From an uncultured virus (IMG/VR IMGVR_UViG_3300029258_004075) (lineage: Duplodnaviria > Heunggongvirae > Uroviricota > Caudoviricetes), in the IMG/VR virus record IMGVR_UViG_3300029258_004075: DNA of 64,000 nt; one strand, 5' to 3'. Shown in pieces: positions 37,701 through 45,389 of this stretch. Each line of letters opens with the position of its first letter. Position 1 is the stretch's first letter. The notes under the pieces were generated by a model that saw nothing but the letters and a program-made list of their open reading frames with translations, made no database searches and had not been told where the DNA came from. The position numbers were made by a program, and so were the translations under genes.

Positions 37701-39331
37701 ATTATGGCGTAGATTATGGTATGCAGGACCAAACTTCACACTGGGGTATATTGGAACCAGATACGGGGGCAAGGTTTCCAAGGATACGTAGACCTGACGC
37801 AGTTAGACCAACATCAAGAGGTCAGAGTATTCTTCCTCAAGATGAACTATTCGCCGTACAGCAACAACCATACCGAATTGTAGAATCAGGTATATCTAGA
37901 ACTCCAACGTATGCAGAGTCATTAGCAAGGGCAAGAGCAGGAATAACTAGTCCTTCACCTTCACCAACAACACAAACACAATTATTAGGAATCAATAGAA
38001 TTACAGGTGGTCAATACTACGTTCGTAGGAGATACCCATCAAGGTTTACTAAGAAAAAAGGAACAACAAAACATGAAATTATTGAAGATAAAAGGTCCGT
38101 CAAGAAGAAAACGGTAAGAAAAGCGAAAGACAAAGAATTTGGTAGAAAGAAACCGCTTACAGAATCAGAGTACAGAAAAAAGAATCTTCCAAAAGATACA
38201 GATACGTCTTCATCAGTGTCATATGGAGAAAGCGGCGGTCAATTATATGTAACTAAACAGAAGCCTGTCCAAGTACAAATACAAAAGCAAAACGTTAGAA
38301 AATTACCCAAGACGAAAACAAAGGGTCTTAGAAAAAAGAAAAGCGCAGTTAGAAACATGGAAGAACGTAGAAAAGCAATACAGAAAGCTCGCCAAGAACA
38401 AGAAGCAAGAAGGCTTGCACAAGAACAGAAACGACAAAAACAGGATATATCAAAACCTTGGAAACGGAAATTAGAAGAAAGTTTAGAAAAACGTAATAAA
38501 GCAATACAGAATCAAAAAGGTGGGATTACGTGGAAACGACAAAGACAGGATATACCGGAATATTGGAAAGGGATATATGATACACCTCAGCACTCACAAT
38601 ACTGGTTAGATGAAGTTACTAAAAGTCAAGGAGGCAGTCTTCAACCACCAGGATTACAATCACCTGTTTTCAAAAGAGGAGGATATGGTCTTGCAGGACA
38701 GAAAGGATTTATAGACGCGTCCGGTATTAAGTATGGTTCTCTTGGCTCAGAAAACCGGAACATTGGAGAGGGAATAAGTAAACTTTCTCCAGAAGTTACA
38801 ACTATGCAACATCAAGCTAATATTCTTTCACCATATTATGATGTTACGAGAAAGACAGATAGTATTCAGGACCTACTCCCTGACCAAACAACAGAAACAA
38901 TAGAAGACGTAATCCAGGACCAATCTCAGTTTCCAATACAACAGCCAATTCAATATCAGACACCAATTCCAGACCAAACGGTTATTCCTGAAAGAGAAAC
39001 AGTACAAGAACCTGTACCTGAACAAGTATACGAAACAAAATTAGACTCACCTTATCCACCACAATATCCTCCAGGATATAGACCTGGAAAAATACCAATA
39101 CAACAACCGAAACCAGAACCACCAACAAGATGGAAAAGAGACCTAGATGATACAGAAGAAGAGGACAAGACAGGATTGTCTTTCTTAGAAGGAACATCAC
39201 CGTTCATAGAATATGGATACCGAAAACATGCTACACCTGACATTTGGAAAGCAGCTTCAGCGACAAAAAAATTCTATGGAAAAATGTCAAAAAAGCCTTC
39301 ATTTAGAAAACCAAAATATTTCAAACTTTAG
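34772..39331 (+). CDS. Giant low-complexity protein (1519 aa), probably virion-associated; J-like domain and 102-aa internal repeat
   Basis: Ser/Gly-rich N-terminus, Ala/Gly helical middle, repeat at 37121/37427, K/R-rich and P/Q-rich C-terminus. Confidence 0.6.
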   Translation: MPLPDLLKRQLSQTQAGRNIVKIVESNKGKKSSSSKSSSSKSSSSSSGSSSNRSSSNASSSNKSIHDIVLEVLTPEPVKKAVENIRNQNTSTTGTSSGGTGFTAGPMARAGSTGGTTSSSSSGGSSSGGRGPTVSTSIGRNPLLDIIEEATTPAFVKEIAHQKAKEEIPGTSAPAETSQGAPGIIERLPNPIESSLLGSENQFQQALGQKIYNQRMEQKAIQDTGTKTQEYVDTETVSEEIPGGRPIEVTYETDEGEIKTVTDSSSNLNQRIERYDNLGYHITNITDTQSGETYWDTPTTEQIQSFQQQTFEDEYRQVQQLNKPENLSQETWNTLERKYRAGQISPEEFQQQVETETITQGKPDFYAFVPENQYRTVIKRFSEGQYTEEQATEMLNKLNKQGMKNAPQYKVNEWAEEHYRFGEDGEKTFEQIKREDPALQGLTYNPEAEEGEEISLEYDYEKGADILKDRLYNTPTFAIHEAVDLSSRLAGAPSLLYSAAGEGWRRLTGQGSGGDITEDYNRERYRHLKAWHEDESGKDPWAYEKAYFTSPLATDVIYPALTGGIFSAVAPVAGTAASRLGSWAASKSPRLAKWGAKAAGGASRLGKWGTSVAKTYPKLATGAKYAAIGSPVYYPVIPTAYGEATGSLRPGATASQIARSTTQFGSLLLGGAATREWGQRRATNWRLKEGYIRDPKTGKWIEDPYGFRKGGDPSNIKKLYRSFAKKYHTDVSSYPKSQFQQMSRAYEAYGQPRSQFMAKYGQSDIPLLPGQTTTGPRPSQPSKPSGLRLDGRVIRGNLPVESSSSILESGRYAGFQPMGTDVSAYHRIGTGVAPSVHRWGSLQPDLGVRPTTQTHVDVGTHRARTTRQTHIDDFGTSSRIPQTSEPSGLRLDGRIIRGGQPAGQISPVLESGRYAGFHPFQTDVEAYHKIITGVSQKPYGWGQLQPDFGVRTPRPNLVDVGPKGSVSTPTKTTHLSDYGVDYGMQDQTSHWGILEPDTGARFPRIRRPDAVRPTSRGQSILPQDELFAVQQQPYRIVESGISRTPTYAESLARARAGITSPSPSPTTQTQLLGINRITGGQYYVRRRYPSRFTKKKGTTKHEIIEDKRSVKKKTVRKAKDKEFGRKKPLTESEYRKKNLPKDTDTSSSVSYGESGGQLYVTKQKPVQVQIQKQNVRKLPKTKTKGLRKKKSAVRNMEERRKAIQKARQEQEARRLAQEQKRQKQDISKPWKRKLEESLEKRNKAIQNQKGGITWKRQRQDIPEYWKGIYDTPQHSQYWLDEVTKSQGGSLQPPGLQSPVFKRGGYGLAGQKGFIDASGIKYGSLGSENRNIGEGISKLSPEVTTMQHQANILSPYYDVTRKTDSIQDLLPDQTTETIEDVIQDQSQFPIQQPIQYQTPIPDQTVIPERETVQEPVPEQVYETKLDSPYPPQYPPGYRPGKIPIQQPKPEPPTRWKRDLDDTEEEDKTGLSFLEGTSPFIEYGYRKHATPDIWKAASATKKFYGKMSKKPSFRKPKYFKL
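37121..37710 (+). repeat. Intragenic 306-nt tandem duplication (plus partial third unit)
   Basis: PSGLRLDGR.IRG...LESGRYAGF.P..TDV.AYH.I.TGV....WG.LQPD.GVR occurs twice. Confidence 0.85.
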
Positions 39332-39371
39332 AGTCACTATTTCATGTGACAAAACCTGCCTATTTGCTATC

Positions 39372-39399
39372 AAAGAGAGGACCATTTCTTCCTCTCTTT
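39372..39399 (+). terminator. Hairpin downstream of the giant ORF
   Basis: aaagagagg-accatttctt-cctctcttt. Confidence 0.45.
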
Positions 39400-39426
39400 A
39401 CGATAGCACCACAAAGGAGAACACAC

Positions 39427-39792
39427 ATGAACGTTCAAACATTAGACAAAATCATAAAGCAGTTCTGGCGCAACGAAAATAGGGACACGACCTGGCATAC
39501 AGGTTTTTGTTCTGAGTTTGCCGTTGCCTTAGACCGCTTTCTTAACGGAGATGGACAGATTGGAAAACAAGGATGGTTTCATACTATATACATCTATAAA
39601 GGTAAATATTGCGATGTTCGTGGTTGCATGAATGAAAATAAACTCGATTTCCACAATCCAATCGGCTCTCAAGGTCAACCTTATCCTGCGGCTCCACACG
39701 AACTGCAACATATCAATTCATTATTAAATGAAGGTCGCGTCCAAAGGGCACTTGCAGGACTTAAACGAGCTCAACGAGAGGTGAAGATGTGA
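39427..39792 (+). CDS. Papain/transglutaminase-like Cys-His-Asp protein
   Basis: GFCSEFAVAL ... WFHT....GKYCDVRG. Confidence 0.5.
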   Translation: MNVQTLDKIIKQFWRNENRDTTWHTGFCSEFAVALDRFLNGDGQIGKQGWFHTIYIYKGKYCDVRGCMNENKLDFHNPIGSQGQPYPAAPHELQHINSLLNEGRVQRALAGLKRAQREVKM

Positions 39793-40544
39793 AATTCCGA
39801 CCATGCACACTAGAAGATAAAATGAATTACTACGGTACATATCAAGACGTTATCCGTGAGTATGTTCTTAAGCAATCAATCAAAAAAGATAACATCGTCT
39901 ACGGTTCTCAAGCAGTAGCATCAAGCATCAATCAAATACACATGACGAGAAAACCTCGTGATTGGGACATCCTTTCAAAACATCCAAAGCGTGATGCGTT
40001 TGAAATAGCAGAGGAACTTAACAAGCACTATGGATGTTATATGTTTGAGGTTCTTCACAAAAGAGTACCACATTCCGAAGGATATGGCATTATGGATGTT
40101 TATTCCGTTAAAAACACAGCAATCAAGTATCCTTACACAAAACAGCGTGGTCCTTTCTCAGTATATGTACCTGCAACACGCTATAGCCCAAATCCAGAAG
40201 AGAGGAAAGCTATCAGTTCTTACCGACGCTTAACAGAAATAGACTATACCAAGATTGTGGAACCAGACAACTATGTTCTCATTAATTCTCAATACGGAAA
40301 ATACAAAGCCCGTCCTGTTGAAACAATTCAAAAGCAAAGAGAGAAACTCTTGGAAAATCCTGAAGCTGAATTCCGAAGAAAGAAAGACATTGGAATGATT
40401 CAAGACATCAATCGCTATTCTAAAGTTCAGCGTGTCAAAAGTGACCTATCATCTGGAACCTTTAGAATTATAGAACCAACAGGTCGTGAGTCAACGGCCT
40501 CCGTCAAAGGAGCAATACAAGATAAGAAAAAGAGGTATAGATAA
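39789..40544 (+). CDS. Pol-beta-fold nucleotidyltransferase resembling viral poly(A) polymerase catalytic subunits
   Basis: IVYGSQA ... DWDILS..P..DA.EIA..L ... IDYT ... R.KKD. Confidence 0.6.
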   Translation: MKFRPCTLEDKMNYYGTYQDVIREYVLKQSIKKDNIVYGSQAVASSINQIHMTRKPRDWDILSKHPKRDAFEIAEELNKHYGCYMFEVLHKRVPHSEGYGIMDVYSVKNTAIKYPYTKQRGPFSVYVPATRYSPNPEERKAISSYRRLTEIDYTKIVEPDNYVLINSQYGKYKARPVETIQKQREKLLENPEAEFRRKKDIGMIQDINRYSKVQRVKSDLSSGTFRIIEPTGRESTASVKGAIQDKKKRYR

Positions 40545-40546
40545 AA

Positions 40547-40771
40547 ATGGATTATGTACCCGTCTTCCACTTCATATCAGCCCTCATCATATTCGGTTTA
40601 CTCATGTATATGTTTAATCCGATGATAGATTACCTTAGCGCTGTTATGGGTGTAGATGCATCAACTAATGTATATACCCAAGCAATGTTTTGGTTGTGGG
40701 GCGTACTAGCAGGAATCAACTTATTTGGCTCAGGAATACGATTTGTAATGAAAATGCAAGAAGCACAATAA
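40547..40771 (+). CDS. Two-helix hydrophobic protein (candidate minor virion protein)
   Basis: 74 aa, TM-turn-TM. Confidence 0.55.
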   Translation: MDYVPVFHFISALIIFGLLMYMFNPMIDYLSAVMGVDASTNVYTQAMFWLWGVLAGINLFGSGIRFVMKMQEAQ

Positions 40772-40786
40772 AATAAATGTGATACT

Positions 40787-41482
40787 ATGTACGATGAAGA
40801 AGAAAGACCAGTAAGAAGAAAAGGTTTATTCGACCTTTCCCCTTCACCTACTAGGAATATATGGGGAACTACAAGAAGCTTTGGAATGCCTTTACAAGGA
40901 AAGTTTTTCAGTCTGACAAATAAACCATCAATGACCAGTAGACCTCCATCTATAACTTCAGGACGAGCAGGAATAACGGCAAGTCCCTTGAGGGCACAAC
41001 CTTTACAGGCAATGAGCATAGGACCAAGACCAAGTCTACGCGGTCTATTTGAAAGGCAAGAACCTCCTTCAAACAATCGAAGAGACTTCCGGCAACCAGT
41101 TGAAGAGGAGAATATACCAGAACCTCGCAAAATAGAACCAAAAGGTTCACCCCAATCAATGTCAGTCGATATAAGCAGAACACGATTATCAAGAGGGCAA
41201 GAAGAATTAGACTACCAAGAGGCACAAAGCGGTTTCAAAGAATGGAAGAAGCAAGAAACACAAGCACAAGACTTTTTATTTGAATTCCAAGAAAGTAGAG
41301 AAGGAGCAATGGCTTATCAGCAAATGGCTCAGCGATACCCACAATATAACAGTGACCAAGCGGATGAGGCAGCACAATTCCTCTTATCAATGCTTGTCCG
41401 TTATCACCAATCACAAGGAAAGCAAGTACCAGAAGAATTATATGACGAATTATATGAGTCACTATATGAAGGAATCACTTAA
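40787..41482 (+). CDS. Low-complexity hypothetical protein
   Basis: P/R/S-rich N-terminus, acidic helical C-terminus. Confidence 0.5.
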   Translation: MYDEEERPVRRKGLFDLSPSPTRNIWGTTRSFGMPLQGKFFSLTNKPSMTSRPPSITSGRAGITASPLRAQPLQAMSIGPRPSLRGLFERQEPPSNNRRDFRQPVEEENIPEPRKIEPKGSPQSMSVDISRTRLSRGQEELDYQEAQSGFKEWKKQETQAQDFLFEFQESREGAMAYQQMAQRYPQYNSDQADEAAQFLLSMLVRYHQSQGKQVPEELYDELYESLYEGIT

Positions 41483-41995
41483 ATGAATAGTTGGGCAAAA
41501 GTTTCAGTTGGTTTAGTTGTATTCGCTTTCATAAATCTTACGATATTTATAGCAATGAGTGGTCCATTTGAAGATGTTCTGCAATATATAGAAGGAGAAG
41601 CAGAAGATATGGAAGATATACATAATGAATTCTTTGATATACCAGATTACACAATATCAGGAACAGTAACAGTAGATTTAGAATATGAAAGAGAAAAAAC
41701 AGGATTTATAGTTGTTAGCGTTAAAAATAGTTCAACAGATGAATGGAATACTATCCCTCTCGGACTAAGTGGCTACATGCCACATCCTCAGTCTATTACT
41801 GTGTTTGAAGAAGCCATGGATATACATTCTTCACAAATACATGTAAAGTACGCAGGCGGAACTATAAAGCAAAGAATAACACCACTCTTTGGTATGATTA
41901 GAACTATCTTTGGTATGACATTTGTTCTTTCTATGGTAACGTTAGGTGTGTGGTTTTTCTTAGGAGCACATAAAGAAGAGCATAGACAGTTCTAA
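41483..41995 (+). CDS. 2-TM protein with intervening ectodomain
   Basis: N- and C-terminal TMs. Confidence 0.55.
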   Translation: MNSWAKVSVGLVVFAFINLTIFIAMSGPFEDVLQYIEGEAEDMEDIHNEFFDIPDYTISGTVTVDLEYEREKTGFIVVSVKNSSTDEWNTIPLGLSGYMPHPQSITVFEEAMDIHSSQIHVKYAGGTIKQRITPLFGMIRTIFGMTFVLSMVTLGVWFFLGAHKEEHRQF

Positions 41996-42147
41996 TGATA
42001 ATATGAAGAGAAGAAAGAGAAGCTTAAACCCAAAGAAGCCGAGAACACACGGTATTATATCCGAACCGCTGGTAAAACCCGAGCGGAAGAAAAAGTCAAT
42101 GTATAGAAAGGCAAGAGAAGACCTTGATAAAAAATTTAGATGATATT

Positions 42148-43263
42148 ATGAAAAAGAAGTTTCCTAACATGTGGAAAATAAAACCAATCAAACTGCAAAC
42201 CAATCACTTTAGACTTGATACTGACCGTGATGGTGTTCTTGACTTTAAAGATTGCCGACCTTTTAATCCTCGCTTACAACATGACCCGCCTGTGTTAGGA
42301 GGGGACATTTCAAAAAAATTCATTGAGGCGAGAGAAAAGAAGAAAAAGCAAGAATTACTGATGAACTTAGGTAAGAAAACTAATGCAAAACTTACAACAG
42401 AACAATATAAAGAACTAATGGAATACTTGCAAGATAAAGACCCACGTTATTACACAAGAGCACTTGAAAACCTAGCAGATACCACAAACACTATACCTAA
42501 GTTCTTTAGAGAGTTTATTGTAAGAAACGGAAATTCAAATGCTATAGAAACAATATCAAGAAAACAAAAACTAAGTGAAAAGGAAACACTTCATCTTCTC
42601 AATATCATGAAGGAAAGAGGATTCGATAATTACAGTAATGCACAGATATTCTCCAATCTGTTTAAAAAGCAAATGTTTAGAAAAAAGGCATCTGCTTTAT
42701 TTTTCAAAAGATTACTAGAATTAGGAAAACAGTTAGGTCTAAACATTGAAACATACATTGATAAAATAATTATAATTGAAACAAACGATAGAAAAGATTA
42801 TCCAAACACATCATTAGAAGTACTAGTAACAGCGTATAACATCGCAGAGCAAACAGGTTCTTATAGAAGAAAAGAATACAAAAATGAGTTATTAAACCTT
42901 ATCATAGATAGAATATCAAAAGAAAAAATAAAAGATATATCAAAAATAGAAGCAGTTATACTTTGGGCTTCTATCAAAGCACTACAAAATGAAGATACAA
43001 TAATTAATCGTAATCTTTACACATACCTTGACCAAGCAATTAAAGAGATAGGTATTCCAGAATTCATTTCTAGCGAGGAGCGAGCAGACATAGCAAACAG
43101 GTTAGGAGCATATCTCAATCAAATGGAAGAGAAAGGAACAATCAAAATTGCGAGAGGATTTTTTATTATACCAACAACAAAAGGATATCAAAAACTTTCA
43201 AAATTTCAAACTTTAGTAAAAAATATAGGAGACAGTTTGCAATCATTAGGTGTTAATATATGA
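42148..43263 (+). CDS. DxDxD-DCxPF N-module protein 1 (helical cargo)
   Basis: NMWKIKP...DTDRDGVLDFKDCRPFNPRLQH. Confidence 0.6.
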   Translation: MKKKFPNMWKIKPIKLQTNHFRLDTDRDGVLDFKDCRPFNPRLQHDPPVLGGDISKKFIEAREKKKKQELLMNLGKKTNAKLTTEQYKELMEYLQDKDPRYYTRALENLADTTNTIPKFFREFIVRNGNSNAIETISRKQKLSEKETLHLLNIMKERGFDNYSNAQIFSNLFKKQMFRKKASALFFKRLLELGKQLGLNIETYIDKIIIIETNDRKDYPNTSLEVLVTAYNIAEQTGSYRRKEYKNELLNLIIDRISKEKIKDISKIEAVILWASIKALQNEDTIINRNLYTYLDQAIKEIGIPEFISSEERADIANRLGAYLNQMEEKGTIKIARGFFIIPTTKGYQKLSKFQTLVKNIGDSLQSLGVNI

Positions 43264-44558
43264 AAAAGCCGAAAAACTTTTGGGGCATAAAACCTCTTGA
43301 TATAAAGAAGCCGGTTAAATTCAACATACCATCATTTACAATGCGTAATCCAAGAAAGCGTTCACATTTACCACCCTTCGGCGATTTTGATAGAGACAAT
43401 GTGCCAAACTTCAAAGACTGTCAACCCTTTGATTATAGATATCAAGACAATGGAGAAGACCTTTTTGAACTAGCATCAAAGACAACGAACGAAGAATTGC
43501 AAGCACAAATTGCATCATCAAAAGATAAAAAATTGAGAAAAGAATTAACGAAGAACCCAAACATATCAGATTTTATCAAAGGTGTTCTTGCAAATGATGT
43601 GGATAAGGTAATTCGTGAAAGCGTTAAAAGAAATCAAACAGACTCTTATATACCCAACTTTAATATAACAAACTGGTTTGGGTTTGACGCTGTAATGAAG
43701 GAGATTGAATGTTACACCCAAACACCTGTTGACGTTATATTAGGAATACTGGAAGTACAAGACAAGCGTGAAGGAGATATTGTAAGAATATCCGGCTATA
43801 ACAACGAAATAAAAAACGCTCTCAAACATTACGGTTTCTTTGAAGTACCAGAAAGTGTTACTTGGAGTGAAAGAACAAGAGACCTTCCTGGTTACATCGA
43901 GTTTGCGAAAAAAGGAAGAGACATCAAACGAGGTGTTCATTCGCTTGAGGAAGGAAAAAGAAATCAAGACGTTAGATTTATGATAGACCGTGACCTAAAG
44001 GATAAAAAATTGTACGATGAATGGTACAATATATATGAAGGCCACATCAAAGGAATGCCAAGGGGACGTGTAAGGGCACCAAGAGACCCACCATCAAACC
44101 ACTTTGGTATTTATGCTTTTAAAAATGATGAAATGCTCGGTGGTCGTATGGTTAAAAAAATGAATCATAAAATATCAGCATCATATAATGCATTTCCTAA
44201 AGAACCAAAATATCTTAATGAGATAGCCTACGCAAAGATGATGGAAGAAGCAGTGGAACAAGACCTTCCGGTTGTTTCTCTTGGAAAAGACACCAACTTC
44301 TATGGATATCATCTTAGTATCGGTGTATACAAGTCAAAAGCTGCTTTTGGATTTAAGCCTAGACCGTATAATAAGACAACATCTTTCCTACAGCGCATTT
44401 ATAAGTTTGATAAGTTCCAAAATCCTTGCATGTTTTTCTCTTATATGACAGGACCTTCTTGTTTCGTACTACAAAATAATATCTTTGTACAAGGAGATAA
44501 AAAAGTGAAAGCGAAAGATTATCCAGCCCCTGGTGGCGTAAAGGTGTGGAATGTATGA
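43260..44558 (+). CDS. DxDxD-DCxPF N-module protein 2 (GNAT/FemABX-like cargo)
   Basis: NFWGIKP...PFGDFDRDNVPNFKDCQPFD; C-terminal MMEEAVEQ...SLG...GVYKSKAAFGF. Confidence 0.6.
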   Translation: MKKPKNFWGIKPLDIKKPVKFNIPSFTMRNPRKRSHLPPFGDFDRDNVPNFKDCQPFDYRYQDNGEDLFELASKTTNEELQAQIASSKDKKLRKELTKNPNISDFIKGVLANDVDKVIRESVKRNQTDSYIPNFNITNWFGFDAVMKEIECYTQTPVDVILGILEVQDKREGDIVRISGYNNEIKNALKHYGFFEVPESVTWSERTRDLPGYIEFAKKGRDIKRGVHSLEEGKRNQDVRFMIDRDLKDKKLYDEWYNIYEGHIKGMPRGRVRAPRDPPSNHFGIYAFKNDEMLGGRMVKKMNHKISASYNAFPKEPKYLNEIAYAKMMEEAVEQDLPVVSLGKDTNFYGYHLSIGVYKSKAAFGFKPRPYNKTTSFLQRIYKFDKFQNPCMFFSYMTGPSCFVLQNNIFVQGDKKVKAKDYPAPGGVKVWNV

Positions 44559-45385
44559 AATACACGATAGATGATTTGGCGGAGATGCTGACATATCCAA
44601 GACCGGCATTCTCCAAAATGGAAGAACAATTCATAACCAAATATATAGATTCAGTTCCAGGAATCAAAAAAGATACCTTTGGTAATAGATACATCAAAGT
44701 CGGAAAAAGTGATATGTCGTTTACCTGTCACACTGACACTGTACATCGCGCTGAAGGTGTTGAGAGACAAGTTGTTCAGTTGTCGGAGGATGGATGGGCT
44801 TTTAAAAAAGACGGAGATATTTTAGGAGCAGATGACACTACTGGAGTGTGGTTATGCTTAAATCTTCTATATAAGAAAATTCCAGGTCTTTACATCTTTC
44901 ATAGGGCAGAGGAAGTTGGTGGAAGAGGAAGCTCTTTTATAGCAAATAAAACACCACAACTTCTTAAAGGAATCAATAAAGTTCTCTCTTTAGATAGAAA
45001 AGATTATCACGATGTTATCATATGGCAGCGGGGTCGAATGACAGCATCAGAAGAATTTGGAAACGCGCTTGCAAAGCAACTAGGACACGGATTTAGAAAC
45101 GAAAGAGGTGTATTTACGGATTCAGCAAATTATGACCATATTGTCCCTGAATGTGCAAACCTGTCCGTTGGTTACTTTCGTGCACATTCAGCAGATGAGT
45201 TACAGGACCTCAAGTTTGCAGAAGCACTCTCCAACTGGTTAAGCAACGTAAATTGGAATGCTCTTCCAGTTAAAAGAGATAAAACAAATACAAGAAGATA
45301 CTTGCATAGAAATGATGTGAAACCCAAATCATTCGATGATTATTGGGGATATAAGGATATGGATTACTTCTGGAACAAAAGGTGA
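44555..45385 (+). CDS. M28/M20-family Zn metallopeptidase
   Basis: CHTDTVH, LGADD.TG, EEVG, SLDR, FTD, NLSVGY..AH...E. Confidence 0.85.
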   Translation: MKYTIDDLAEMLTYPRPAFSKMEEQFITKYIDSVPGIKKDTFGNRYIKVGKSDMSFTCHTDTVHRAEGVERQVVQLSEDGWAFKKDGDILGADDTTGVWLCLNLLYKKIPGLYIFHRAEEVGGRGSSFIANKTPQLLKGINKVLSLDRKDYHDVIIWQRGRMTASEEFGNALAKQLGHGFRNERGVFTDSANYDHIVPECANLSVGYFRAHSADELQDLKFAEALSNWLSNVNWNALPVKRDKTNTRRYLHRNDVKPKSFDDYWGYKDMDYFWNKR

Positions 45386-45389
45386 AATA

